Counted from the stretch's first letter, positions 8,877-18,463 are shown. The stretch: 64,000 nucleotides of DNA from an uncultured Parvibaculum sp. (GCA_965140395.1 OZ223205.1:144197-208196); one strand, 5' to 3'. The notes: generated by a model from the letters alone, not told the origin. Made by a program: numbers and translations.

Positions 8877-9160
8877 CTAGTTCACACCCACCTCACCTCC
8901 GCCCGGGCGGCTGTGAGCCGCCTCGAGAGCGACCGGCGGCTCAAGATAGACCATCAGCTATAGAGAAAAATTTCCATCGACTGCCAGTTGGGCCCCCAGC
9001 TGAGAATGGCAAGTTTTCACTCACCATCTCCACCAGCGTGCCGTGCCCAGCCATATGGCGGCCTACTAAACAGGCCGCCAGAATGGGGTGCCACCCGCGA
9101 AGGACGCCTCATCTCTCGGAACAGTTCATGGAACTGGCGCTTCGGCCACCCCCCTCCCGC

Positions 9161-10015
9161 CTAGCGGAACAGCAGGACCGGCACCTTGCAGGCGCGCAGC
9201 ATCTCGCTGGTGGTGGAGCCGATGATCAGCGTGCGGATACGCGAATGGCCATAGGCGCCCATGACGACGAGCCCGATACCGGCCTCCTCCACCTCGCGCG
9301 CGATGACAGCTTCCGCCTGGCCCTGAACCAGCTTCGCGCGAACCTCATAGCCCGCCCCGCGCAGCACCGCGCGGGCATCGTCCAGCCGCTTCGCGGCGTC
9401 GGAGTTTTCCGCCCCGACGGTGAGAAGATGGCATTCGAGCCCTGCGAAGATCGGGCTGCGCGCGACATAATCCACCGCCTTCATGGCGCTGGCGCCGCCA
9501 TCATAGGCGATCAGGAACCGCTCGATGGGCTTGAAGGCGCGCGAGGCCACGAAGACGGGCTTCACGCTGGAGCGCACGATCCGTTCGAGATTGGAGCCGA
9601 GATGCGGCTTGGCGAAATCCGCCGCCTCGCCGCGCTTGCCGACCATCACCATGTCGGCATCGGCCTCGCTCTCGGCAACCTCTTCCACGAGATCGCCGAT
9701 ACGCAACTGCGTGGTGACGCCTGTCACGCCGTCCTTCTCAAGAATGGCGGTCGCATCGTCCAGAATGGCCCGGCCCTGCTTCTGCGCGAGCTTGGACCGC
9801 GCCACATCGAGTTCGGCGAGTTCTTCCAGCAGCGAGGTCCGGGCGCCCAGACCCACGGCCCCGCTGAGATCGGAGGGCGTCCCGAACGGCTCGCGCCGGC
9901 CGAGGACATGCAGAAGCTCGACCGAAGCGCCCGCCCGCGTCGCCGCCCATGCGGCGTGGTCGCACACGCTTTGCGAATAGATGGAGCCGTCAACCAGAGC
10001 GACGAACTTTGTCAA
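9161..10015 (-). CDS. universal stress protein, tandem Usp domains
   Basis: Two Usp-like halves, with a C-terminus GSTTSEMLRACKVPVLLFR typical of UspA-fold proteins. I chose the start at TTG 10015 (TKFVALVDGS) behind gggggt. ORF-track start is 10114. Confidence 0.75.
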   Translation of the reverse strand: MTKFVALVDGSIYSQSVCDHAAWAATRAGASVELLHVLGRREPFGTPSDLSGAVGLGARTSLLEELAELDVARSKLAQKQGRAILDDATAILEKDGVTGVTTQLRIGDLVEEVAESEADADMVMVGKRGEAADFAKPHLGSNLERIVRSSVKPVFVASRAFKPIERFLIAYDGGASAMKAVDYVARSPIFAGLECHLLTVGAENSDAAKRLDDARAVLRGAGYEVRAKLVQGQAEAVIAREVEEAGIGLVVMGAYGHSRIRTLIIGSTTSEMLRACKVPVLLFR

Positions 10016-10124
10016 AACGCTTACCCCCAGATCCGATCTTGTGGAGCATAGCCGGACAAGCGGCGGATGCCCTGTTTCATTGGGTCGCGGCCCCGGCAAG
10101 CGGGCCCGCGACAAGCCGACTATG

Positions 10125-11609
10125 TCAGTGACCCATCAGCCTTTCCAGCGCGCCCGGCTGGTCGTGAACGGCGAGCTTATCGACAATCGTCTCGCTGGCC
10201 TCGTTGAGACCGATGATTTCGACCTCGGCCCCTTCGCGGCGGAATTTGAGCACGATCATGTCGAGCGCCGCGACGCTGGAAATATCCCAGATATGCGCAT
10301 GGCTGACATCGATCACGACACGCTCCAGCACCTCCTTGAAATCGAAGGAGCCGGTGAACGCGTCGGAAGAGGCAAAGAAGATCTGCCCCTCGACCGTGTA
10401 GACCCGCTCGCGCCCATCCGCTGAAAGGGTGGAGGTGACACGGAAGATCTGCGCAATCTTCCAGGCAAAGAAAAGCCCGGACAGGAGCACGCCCACCAGC
10501 ACGCCGATGGCAAGGTTATGCGTGCCGACCACGGTCACGACGGTCGCAAGCATCACCACCGACGACGACCTCGGATGGTCGCGCAGATTGCGGATCGAAG
10601 ACCAGCTGAACGTGCCGATCGAGACCATGATCATGATGGCGACGAGCGCCGCCATGGGGATCTGCCTGACGTAATCGCCCAGGCCCACAATGAGGATCAG
10701 CAGGAAAACGCCGGCGCTGAAGGTGGAAAGCCGCCCGCGGCCGCCCGATTTCACATTGATCATGGACTGGCCGATCATCGCGCAGCCCGCCATGCCGCCG
10801 ATGAAGCCGGTGCAGAAATTGGCGATGCCCTGGCCGATACATTCGCGGTTCTTGTCGCTCGGCGTATCGGTGAGGTCGTCGATGATGGAGGCCGTCATCA
10901 GCGATTCCAGCAGCCCCACCGCCGCCACGCCCGCCGAATAGGGCAGGATGATGAGCAGCGTGTCGAGGGTCAGCGGGATCTGCGGCAGCAGGAAGACCGG
11001 CAAAGAGTCCGGCAGTTCGCCCATATCGCCGACCGTCCTGAGATCGAAGCCGAAATAGAGCGTCACCGCCGTCAGCACGATGATGCAGATGAGCGGCGAC
11101 GGCACCGCCTTCGTCAGGCGCGGAAAGAGATAGATGATGCCAAGACCCGCCGCGACCATGACATAGGTGAGCTGCGGCACGCCCATCAGTTCCGGCAATT
11201 GCGCCATGAAGATGAGAATGGCGAGCGCGTTGACGAAGCCCGTCATCACCGAGCGCGAGACGAAACGCATGAAATTGCCGAGCTTCAGATAGCCGGCCGC
11301 CACCTGCAGCACGCCGGCCAGCACCGTGGCGGCGAGGAGATATTGCAGCCCGTGCTCCTTGACCAGCGTCCCCATGAGAACGGCGGTGGCGGCGGTGGCC
11401 GCCGAAATCATACCGGGCCGCCCGCCCGTGAAGGCGAGGATGCAGGCAATGGAGAACGACGCGTAGAGACCGACCTTGGGGTCGACGCCCGCGATGATGG
11501 AAAAGGCGATGGCTTCCGGAATAAGCGCCAGGGCCACGACGAGCCCGGCCAGCAGATCCGCCCGGATATTGCCGAACCACTCATGACGATACGCAACTGA
11601 ATTGAACAT
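10125..11609 (-). CDS. SulP family inorganic anion transporter with C-terminal STAS domain
   Basis: [24 protein letters not shown] signature region and about 10 hydrophobic segments. The STAS-like C-terminus is [16 protein letters not shown]...[14 protein letters not shown]. Confidence 0.9.
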   Translation of the reverse strand: MFNSVAYRHEWFGNIRADLLAGLVVALALIPEAIAFSIIAGVDPKVGLYASFSIACILAFTGGRPGMISAATAATAVLMGTLVKEHGLQYLLAATVLAGVLQVAAGYLKLGNFMRFVSRSVMTGFVNALAILIFMAQLPELMGVPQLTYVMVAAGLGIIYLFPRLTKAVPSPLICIIVLTAVTLYFGFDLRTVGDMGELPDSLPVFLLPQIPLTLDTLLIILPYSAGVAAVGLLESLMTASIIDDLTDTPSDKNRECIGQGIANFCTGFIGGMAGCAMIGQSMINVKSGGRGRLSTFSAGVFLLILIVGLGDYVRQIPMAALVAIMIMVSIGTFSWSSIRNLRDHPRSSSVVMLATVVTVVGTHNLAIGVLVGVLLSGLFFAWKIAQIFRVTSTLSADGRERVYTVEGQIFFASSDAFTGSFDFKEVLERVVIDVSHAHIWDISSVAALDMIVLKFRREGAEVEIIGLNEASETIVDKLAVHDQPGALERLMGH

Positions 11610-11857
11610 GGGTCTCCCGATTGAGGCATAGCGGGACGGATCGGATAAGCGGTCCGCTGCACGCGCCTGTCATTTCAATGGGGTTATCCGGCGGATCGGC
11701 GGCCGGAAGAGCCACCCGGCAAAATTCCGGGTCCGGGGTGAGGCGCCTTCTTATCGATATTCATGCTGCGGCGCAACATTGGCGGTGCCGATTTCGCTCA
11801 TTTCCGCCGAAAAGCCAGTCATGCTATGTCCGGTTGCCGACGAAACGGGACACCGCT

Positions 11858-12145
11858 ATGGACGATCAGGGCGAAATCATACTCGACGTGATGGGGCAGC
11901 AATGCCCGCTCCCCGTGCTGCGCGCGAGAAAGCGCCTGCTGCGGCTCGATCCCGGCCGGCTGTTACGCGTCTTTGCGAGCGACCCCGTGGCGCGGATCGA
12001 CATGCCGCATTTCTGCGCCGAGGCGGGCCATGACCTGCTGGAAATGCGCGACCGGGGAACCTGGCTCGAATTCCTGATCCGCCGGGGCGAGAATGTGCGC
12101 GAGCCGGATGCAGATATCCTGTCGAAGCCAGTGAGGGATTTGTAG
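11858..12145 (+). CDS. TusA/SirA-like sulfurtransferase family protein
   Basis: ILDVMGQQCPLPVLRARKRL carries the conserved Cys-Pro-x-Pro motif. About 95 aa. Start at ATG 11858, inside the longer ORF 11621..12145. Confidence 0.75.
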   Translation: MDDQGEIILDVMGQQCPLPVLRARKRLLRLDPGRLLRVFASDPVARIDMPHFCAEAGHDLLEMRDRGTWLEFLIRRGENVREPDADILSKPVRDL

Positions 12146-12158
12146 AAGTAATTTCATT

Positions 12159-12247
12159 CGTCATGGCCCGGCTTGTCCGGGCCATCCACGTCTCTAAGGC
12201 AAGGCGGATGAAAAAACGTGGATGCCCCGCATGAAGCGGGGCATGAC
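12159..12247. repeat. family-1 triple-hairpin palindromic element, copy C (inverted orientation, longer spacer)
   Basis: GTCATGGCCCGGCTTGTCCGGGCCATCCACGTCT ... ACGTGGATGCCCCGCATGAAGCGGGGCATGAC. It sits between the convergent TusA-like and GNAT genes. Confidence 0.9.
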
Positions 12248-12275
12248 GTGGAGGGACAGCAGACCGCCCAATCCC

Positions 12276-12863
12276 TCAGCCCGCGAACTCCCATGCAAGC
12301 AGCGCATAGAGATATTCGTCGCGCCATTCGCCCTGAATATAGCGCGAGGCGCGGAAGGCGCCTTCGCGGCGCATGCCGAGCCGCTCCAGCAGCCGGGCGG
12401 ACGCGGTATTGCGCTGGTCGCATGTGGCGATGATGCGGTGGAGGCCGAGCGTCCCGAACCCCTCGTTCAGCATCGCCCAGGCCGCTTCGCCGGCATAGCC
12501 CTGCCCCCAATAGTCGGGATGCAGCACATAGCCGAGCTCGCCCGTCCGCTCCTCCCATTCATGAAGCCTGAGCCCTGCGCCACCGATAAGCGCCGCGCTT
12601 TCCCTGAGCGTGACCGCCAGTTCCCAGCAGCGGCGCGGCCGACGGCGCTGATCGGCCTTGAAGTCGCGCAAGGCCGCACGCGTCTGCGCCTTGCTGTTGG
12701 GGCCCCATACGAGATAGCGGGTCACGTCTTCGCGCGCGGACCACGCATGGACCGCATCGAAATCGCTCATGGCGAAATCGCGCAGGACAAGGCGCGGCGT
12801 CTCCAGCGGCTGGGCGATAGAGGGAGGGCCTTTCCTGCCACCTTTCAGCGACATGACGGCCAT
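12276..12863 (-). CDS. GNAT family N-acetyltransferase (RimJ/RimL-like)
   Basis: LVLRDFAMSDFDAVHAW... and the acetyl-CoA site region YWGQGYAGEA. 195 aa. Confidence 0.8.
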   Translation of the reverse strand: MAVMSLKGGRKGPPSIAQPLETPRLVLRDFAMSDFDAVHAWSAREDVTRYLVWGPNSKAQTRAALRDFKADQRRRPRRCWELAVTLRESAALIGGAGLRLHEWEERTGELGYVLHPDYWGQGYAGEAAWAMLNEGFGTLGLHRIIATCDQRNTASARLLERLGMRREGAFRASRYIQGEWRDEYLYALLAWEFAG

Positions 12864-12865
12864 TT

Positions 12866-13219
12866 CTATTTGGTCGATTTTTCGAGAGCGGCCTTCTGTT
12901 CGTCGCGAAAGCCGACGATATAGCTTCCGCCGAGGTCGAAAACAGGACGCTTGATAAGCGCGGGATGGGCGGCCATCAGCGCAATGGCCTTCTTTTCGTT
13001 CACGCCTTCCTTCTCCGCATCGTCCAGCGCCCGCCAGGTCGTGCTGGCCTTGTTGAGCAGCTTTTCCCAGCCGACCGACGCGGCGAATTTCTCGATATCG
13101 GCCCTGGCGATGCCATCGGCGCGCAAATCATGGAACGCATGCTCCACCCCGCGCATTTCCAGCCATTTCAGCGCTTTGCGGCAAGTGTCGCAATTCTTCA
13201 GCCCATATACCTTGATCAT
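12866..13219 (-). CDS. ArsC/Spx/YffB family reductase-like protein
   Basis: MIKVYGLKNCDTCRKALKWLE...KRPV, typical of the ArsC-fold family. Start at ATG 13219. The stop is 2 nt from the GNAT start, so the two are probably co-transcribed. Confidence 0.8.
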   Translation of the reverse strand: MIKVYGLKNCDTCRKALKWLEMRGVEHAFHDLRADGIARADIEKFAASVGWEKLLNKASTTWRALDDAEKEGVNEKKAIALMAAHPALIKRPVFDLGGSYIVGFRDEQKAALEKSTK

Positions 13220-13334
13220 GCCTCTATCCCCTCTATCGCTGCCGGCTTTTGTATCATCTTCCACCGGCGCCAAGGAGCCCCTGTTTCAGACCGACGGCAT
13301 CGGATAGTATCCTGCCGATCCAGGGGGCCAGTAC

Positions 13335-14324
13335 ATGCATCTTACCAACAGAATTCTCGTCACCGGCGGCGCCGGTTTTATCGGCTCGTTCCTTTGCGAA
13401 CGCCTCGTGAGCGAGGGCCATGACGTCATCTGCGCGGATAATTTCTACACGGGGAACAAGAATAACATCGAAGGCCTGCTGGATGAGCCCAACTTCGAAC
13501 TCATGCGGCATGACATCACCTTCCCCCTCTATCTGGAAGTGGACGAGATCTACAATCTCGCCTGCCCGGCCTCGCCCATCCATTATCAGCGCGACCCGGT
13601 GCAAACGACCAAGACCTGCGTCCATGGCGCCATCAACGTGCTGGGTCTTGCCAAGCGCGTGAAGGCCCGCATCCTCCAGGCATCGACCAGCGAGGTCTAT
13701 GGCAGCCCGTTCGAACACCCGCAGACCGAAAGCTATTGGGGCAATGTGAACCCGATCGGCCCGCGTTCCTGCTACGACGAAGGCAAGCGCTGCGCCGAAA
13801 CGCTCTTCTTCGACTATTACCGCCAGCATAATCTGCGTATTCGCGTCGCGCGCATCTTCAACACCTATGGCCCCCGCATGCACCCGAATGACGGGCGGGT
13901 CGTGTCGAATTTCATCGTGCAGGCCCTGCTGGGCGAACCGATTACAATTTTCGGCGACGGCAGCCAGACGCGGTCCTTCTGCTATGTGGACGATCTGGTT
14001 GAGGGGCTGATGCGGCTCATGAATGTCGCCGACGATTACCCCGGACCCGTCAATATCGGCAATCCGGGGGAGTTCTCCATCCTGGAACTGGCCGAACAGG
14101 TCATAGACATCACGGGGACAAAATCCAGTCTCGTGAGGAAGCCCTTGCCGCAGGACGACCCCTTGCAAAGGCGGCCGGACATCTCGGAAGCGAAGAGGGC
14201 CCTCGACTGGGAACCGGTTACCCCGCTCGCAGAGGGCCTCGTCAAAACAATCGCCTATTTCGAGGACATGCTGAAGGACAATGCCGTGCGGGAGAAACTG
14301 GTACAGAACAGGCGCTCGGCCTAG
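13335..14324 (+). CDS. UDP-glucuronate decarboxylase (UDP-xylose synthase)
   Basis: [18 protein letters not shown]...[11 protein letters not shown]...[16 protein letters not shown]...STSEVYG...YDEGKR pattern of UXS-type extended SDRs. Confidence 0.85.
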   Translation: MHLTNRILVTGGAGFIGSFLCERLVSEGHDVICADNFYTGNKNNIEGLLDEPNFELMRHDITFPLYLEVDEIYNLACPASPIHYQRDPVQTTKTCVHGAINVLGLAKRVKARILQASTSEVYGSPFEHPQTESYWGNVNPIGPRSCYDEGKRCAETLFFDYYRQHNLRIRVARIFNTYGPRMHPNDGRVVSNFIVQALLGEPITIFGDGSQTRSFCYVDDLVEGLMRLMNVADDYPGPVNIGNPGEFSILELAEQVIDITGTKSSLVRKPLPQDDPLQRRPDISEAKRALDWEPVTPLAEGLVKTIAYFEDMLKDNAVREKLVQNRRSA

Positions 14325-14351
14325 ACGTCATTAGAGAGTAGATACCCCGAC

Positions 14352-15281
14352 ATGCAGCGCGATCCGGCTCCCGTCATACTCTTCGCCTATAAGCGTCTTC
14401 CTCATACGAAAATCACCGTTGAGGCATTGCAGCGCAATCCGGAAGCGAAAGACACGGATTTGTGGATATTCGCCGACGGCGCACGTACGGAGGCGGACCG
14501 GGCTGAAATTGAAGAAACCCGAAGCTACCTGCGCAGCATTGACGGCTTCCGCAATATCCATCTGACGGAGCGCGAGGAAAACTTCGGCCTGTCACGCTCG
14601 ATCATCACCGGCGTAACAGAGGTACTGGACAAATGCGGGCGCGCCATCATCGTCGAGGACGATATCCGCACCGCCCCGTCTTTCCTCCACTATATGAACC
14701 GTGCTCTCGACCACTTCGAAAACGACCCCCGCGTGCAGAGCGTGGCCGCGCACGGTTTCCCGCCGCATCGTTTAGATGTGCCTGAAGATTATGCCTATGA
14801 CGTCTTTGCTTGCGCCCGGGCCAGTGTCTGGGGCTGGGGCACATGGCACAACCGCTGGCTCGATGTCGATTGGGACATGGCGAGCGCCTGGAAGAAGAGG
14901 GACAAGATCAGCGACCGGGCCCTCGAAATAGCCGGACGCGACCTGCGCCGTTTCATCGACAAGCAGCTCGCCGGGAAACTCAACTCCTGGGACATCCCCT
15001 GGTCCTACGATCATTGCCTCAAGCAAAGGCTCTGCATCACGCCCGTTCACTCCTATGTCGAGAATATCGGCCTCGACGGATCCGGCGAACATTGCGGCCC
15101 AACCGAAGAGTACAGGCAGGACCTGGACAAGGCTGTGGCCGAGCCGCGCTTTATGGCGGAGGCCGTTTCCGACCCGGATATCGACGAACAGCTTCGCCGT
15201 TTTTTCCGGCGCAAACCGGCTATTCCGCGCGAAATCGACCGTATGCTGAGGAAATTCGGCCTGCCTATGCTGTTTGAGTAA
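14352..15281 (+). CDS. GT-A fold glycosyltransferase, GnT-I (GT13)-like
   Basis: PVILFAYKR (like the GnT-I N-terminal strand) and IIVEDDIRTAPSFLHYM (EDD motif followed by AP.F, as in GnT-I). G+C is lower than the backbone. Confidence 0.6.
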   Translation: MQRDPAPVILFAYKRLPHTKITVEALQRNPEAKDTDLWIFADGARTEADRAEIEETRSYLRSIDGFRNIHLTEREENFGLSRSIITGVTEVLDKCGRAIIVEDDIRTAPSFLHYMNRALDHFENDPRVQSVAAHGFPPHRLDVPEDYAYDVFACARASVWGWGTWHNRWLDVDWDMASAWKKRDKISDRALEIAGRDLRRFIDKQLAGKLNSWDIPWSYDHCLKQRLCITPVHSYVENIGLDGSGEHCGPTEEYRQDLDKAVAEPRFMAEAVSDPDIDEQLRRFFRRKPAIPREIDRMLRKFGLPMLFE

Positions 15282-15400
15282 CCTGTATCCGTAGCGGATT
15301 CTCTGAATCCGGACCAAGCCGGACGGCTCTTCCTCCGATTGTCTGGGAATGATCTTCGAAAAACCAGTCGCCAACGACGCCTGTCCGGAAAGAACGGAAA

Positions 15401-16189
15401 ATGGGGAAACGGTTCGAGTCCTTTTACGCAAGCCTATTCAGCAAGCCGGCCTTGCGACAATTCAACAAGAAGATCCTTTCCGCCGCACTTCGGGCGAGAG
15501 GCTACAATAATTACCGGAACGACACGGAAAGCGGCGAACGCTTCTTCATCCGAAATGTCCTGGCACCTTCAAATCCCAGGGTTTGCATCGACATAGGGGC
15601 TAATGTCGGCAGCTTCACCAAAGAGTTGCTCACATCCACTCAGGCAAGGGTCATCAGTTTCGAGCCACTGCCGCAAGCTTTCAGGGAACTGCAAGCGACG
15701 ACAAGGGAATTCGGAAAACGCTCCATTGCCGAGAACAAGGGCGTGGGCGAAAACTGCGCGGATCTCCTTATCCACTACAATCCGGAAAAACCGGACCACG
15801 CTTCTTTCAGCGAAGCTTCGAACAATGTGCCTTATGTCGAAAACACGAAAGAATTGCTCGTCGAGGTCGTATCGCTCGATGCGTATCTCGACCTCAAGCC
15901 GGTCGACGCGCTCGACTTCATAAAGATCGATACGGAAGGCTTCGAAGGCGAGGTCCTGAAAGGTGCGCTTGGGTCGATCGATCGCTACGCCCCAAGATTC
16001 ATTCAGGTCGAGTTCAACTGGCATCACCTATTCAGGAACATATCGCTCAACAATTTATCTGAGCTGCTTCCGGAATATGACGCCTATCAACTTCTGCCGA
16101 ATGGCTGGGCGAAGCGAGACCCCGTAGACCCGCTTTCGAACATTTATGAATTCGCGAATTTCGTCTTTGTTCGCAAAGGCAGCAGCTAG
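15401..16189 (+). CDS. FkbM family methyltransferase
   Basis: CIDIGANVGSFTKELL SAM-binding strand and IKIDTEGFEGEVLKGA, both characteristic of FkbM-type methyltransferases. G+C is near 50% in sampled lines. Confidence 0.75.
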   Translation: MGKRFESFYASLFSKPALRQFNKKILSAALRARGYNNYRNDTESGERFFIRNVLAPSNPRVCIDIGANVGSFTKELLTSTQARVISFEPLPQAFRELQATTREFGKRSIAENKGVGENCADLLIHYNPEKPDHASFSEASNNVPYVENTKELLVEVVSLDAYLDLKPVDALDFIKIDTEGFEGEVLKGALGSIDRYAPRFIQVEFNWHHLFRNISLNNLSELLPEYDAYQLLPNGWAKRDPVDPLSNIYEFANFVFVRKGSS

Positions 16190-16226
16190 AACACACCCTT
16201 GGAACAACCGCCTCGCGACAGCCCGA

Positions 16227-17048
16227 TCACGCCGCGAGTTTCACGTCGCCGGTCGGCTTGCCAAGCTCGACGCGCGCGGCATCGAGCGCCTCGGCGGCCG
16301 CCATGGCGCGGCGATATTCGGGCGCGGGCACGGTGACGGCGAGCTTCGCGCGGACCTGCTCAAGCGGCAGCGGCAAGAGCTCCTCCCAGATTTCCGCCGG
16401 CAGCCAATGCGCCTGCTTGCCCCGGCGATAGCCCTCGCGGATCGACCGCCAGATGCCGCAGCCGGGATAGGCCTTGTCCGCCACACGAGAGAGAAGCAGC
16501 ACGATGGCGCCGACGCCGCGATTGCGCGTCTGGGCATAGGAGAAGGCCAGCAGCGACAGCTCGCCCAGCCCGTCGCGACCATAACCGGTGAGAACATGCC
16601 AGAGATCATGCTGATCGCGGATCCGGTCGCGGAAGAGCCTGCCCGCTTCGGGGATATTGTCGCGCAGCTTCATTTCGTTGCTGGCTTCCACGAGCCCGTC
16701 CGCCGTGAGGTTTTCCGACGTCATGAACCGGTAATAGGCCGCGCCAAGGCTGCCTTCCGGCATGGCGGCGAGCTTTTCCCGGTCGCAAAGCAGAGCAAGA
16801 AGGTCGAGCTTCTCCGCCAATACGCGCTTGCCGCCATGAGAGGCCTCGAAACGATGGAACAGGCGCTCCTCCGCGCCACCCGACAGGGCCTCGATCACCT
16901 TGAAGACCTGACCCGTATCTTCCTTGTTTTCCTTGAGCGCGCGGATGGCCGCGAGCGCTTTCAGCGGCTGGATACGCTTGCGCCGGGGCTTCTCAGCCGC
17001 TTTAACCGCAGAATCGCTGTTTTCACCGGCGGGATGTGCGAGGGTCAT
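16227..17048 (-). CDS. Coq4-like protein (ubiquinone biosynthesis protein COQ4 family)
   Basis: HDLWHVLTGYGRDGLGE fits the COQ4 zinc-ligand motif HDxxH-x11-E. Start at ATG 17048 (MTLAHPAG). ORF-track start is 17132. Confidence 0.65.
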   Translation of the reverse strand: MTLAHPAGENSDSAVKAAEKPRRKRIQPLKALAAIRALKENKEDTGQVFKVIEALSGGAEERLFHRFEASHGGKRVLAEKLDLLALLCDREKLAAMPEGSLGAAYYRFMTSENLTADGLVEASNEMKLRDNIPEAGRLFRDRIRDQHDLWHVLTGYGRDGLGELSLLAFSYAQTRNRGVGAIVLLLSRVADKAYPGCGIWRSIREGYRRGKQAHWLPAEIWEELLPLPLEQVRAKLAVTVPAPEYRRAMAAAEALDAARVELGKPTGDVKLAA

Positions 17049-17202
17049 GGCTTCTATGCTCCGGGTCTGGGGCCCCAAGGGGCCGTCCATCAGGGACATC
17101 AAGACTTGGCAGCCAGCCAGACAAATAAACACGTTGCGTCACTACGCAAAGTCCGGCCAACGCCCTATGCTGCGCCTCAAGCTCAGATAGGTTATACTGA
17201 CA

Positions 17203-17934
17203 TTGTTGTCAACACATGAAGTTCGAGGAGGCCTCTTGTCCCGTACCGCCAGCTCACACACAGCGGCCACATCGCCGGTTTCCGCCAAGCCCGCGCAAAA
17301 ACGCGTCCGGCGGACGGCGGAGGAAGCACGCCGCCTCATTCTGGACGCGGCGGAGAAAAGGCTGGCGACGCAAGGCCCCGAGGGGATCCGCCTGCAGGAC
17401 ATCGCCCGCGATGTCGGGATTTCGCACCCGGCCATCCTGCACCATTTCGAAAGCCGCGAAGGGCTGGTGAAGGCGCTCATCGCGCGCACCAATACCCAGC
17501 TTCGCGAAAAGCTCCTGACCGCGCTGGGCAATTCCGGGGACGCAGCCCAGGATCCGATCGAAAGCGTGTTCGAGGCGCTGTCCGACCGGGGCACGGCACG
17601 GCTCCTCGCCTGGCTGCTGCTGACGGGCCGCGTGAACGACACCAGCAAGGGCCCGCAGGTGCTGATGACGGAAATCGCGGACCGGCTTCACGCCCATCGC
17701 GAGGAAAACGCCAAGCAGAAAGGCACGCTCGCGCCGGACCGCGAGGACACCTTCTTCCTCGCCATGCTGACCACCAGCGCGGCCTTCGGCGATGCCATTA
17801 TCGGGCGCTATCTGGCCGAAGCGGCCGGCCTCGACGAGGCCGGCGTCAAACGCTTCCGCAGCTGGTTCGGAAAATTGCTGCGCCAGCATGTGGAGCGCAC
17901 CGACGCCCCCGTCGGAGACGATGAAGGAAAATAG
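17203..17934 (+). CDS. TetR/AcrR family transcriptional regulator
   Basis: TetR HTH (ARRLILDAAEKRLATQGPEGIRLQDIARDVGISHPAILHHFESREGL). An alternative TTG start at 17236 sits just behind gaggagg. Confidence 0.8.
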   Translation: MLSTHEVRGGLLSRTASSHTAATSPVSAKPAQKRVRRTAEEARRLILDAAEKRLATQGPEGIRLQDIARDVGISHPAILHHFESREGLVKALIARTNTQLREKLLTALGNSGDAAQDPIESVFEALSDRGTARLLAWLLLTGRVNDTSKGPQVLMTEIADRLHAHREENAKQKGTLAPDREDTFFLAMLTTSAAFGDAIIGRYLAEAAGLDEAGVKRFRSWFGKLLRQHVERTDAPVGDDEGK

Positions 17935-17937
17935 GCG

Positions 17938-18450
17938 ATGACGAAGAGCGCCCCGGCATCGATCCGCGACGCCGTAACCGGCGACCTGCCCGCCATATCG
18001 GCGCTCTATAATCACGCGGTTCGCGAAACCACCGCCATCTGGAACGAAACGCTTTCAGATCCGCAAGAACGCCGCCGCTGGATGGGCGAACGCCTTGCCG
18101 CCGGTTTTCCGGTACTGGTCGCAGAGACGGACGGCCAATTTGCCGGCTACGGCACCTATGGCCCCTTTCGCCCGCATGAAGGGTACCGGGACACGGTCGA
18201 GAATTCCGTTTACGTCACCCCGGACCTGCAAGGCCGCGGGATCGGCGGCGCCCTGCTCGACGCGCTGATCGAGCGCGCCCGGTCACAAGGACTCCACGTC
18301 ATGGTGGCCGGGATCGAAGCCGGAAATGCAGCTTCCATCGCGCTGCACGCCGCCCGCGGCTTCACCGAAACCGCGCGCATGCCGGAAGTCGGCCAGAAAT
18401 TCGGCCGCCGGCTTGATCTGGTGCTGATGCAGAAAATGCTGCAACGCTGA
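17938..18450 (+). CDS. GNAT N-acetyltransferase, phosphinothricin/methionine-sulfoximine acetyltransferase-like
   Basis: IRDAV..DLPAISALYNHAV..TTAIWNE...ENSVYV.PDLQGRGIGGALLDALIERA pattern of PAT/YwnH-type GNATs. The start is 4 nt after the TetR stop. Confidence 0.8.
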   Translation: MTKSAPASIRDAVTGDLPAISALYNHAVRETTAIWNETLSDPQERRRWMGERLAAGFPVLVAETDGQFAGYGTYGPFRPHEGYRDTVENSVYVTPDLQGRGIGGALLDALIERARSQGLHVMVAGIEAGNAASIALHAARGFTETARMPEVGQKFGRRLDLVLMQKMLQR

Positions 18451-18463
18451 CTGCGCGGGAAAA

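Larger units (their letters stand above)
7520..9030. other. AT-rich islet 1 (about 45-48% G+C in hand-counted lines versus about 60-68% in the flanks)
   Basis: Composition drops abruptly between the acyl-CoA synthetase start and the Usp gene. The islet holds two divergent orphan ORFs. Confidence 0.7.

Noticed and set aside
8877-9160. Possible gene remnant or sRNA in the 284-nt gap after islet 1
   Set aside because: It contains only a short hairpin (ggcggcc-tactaaaca-ggccgcc) and no recognisable motif or ORF. The evidence is insufficient to call anything.
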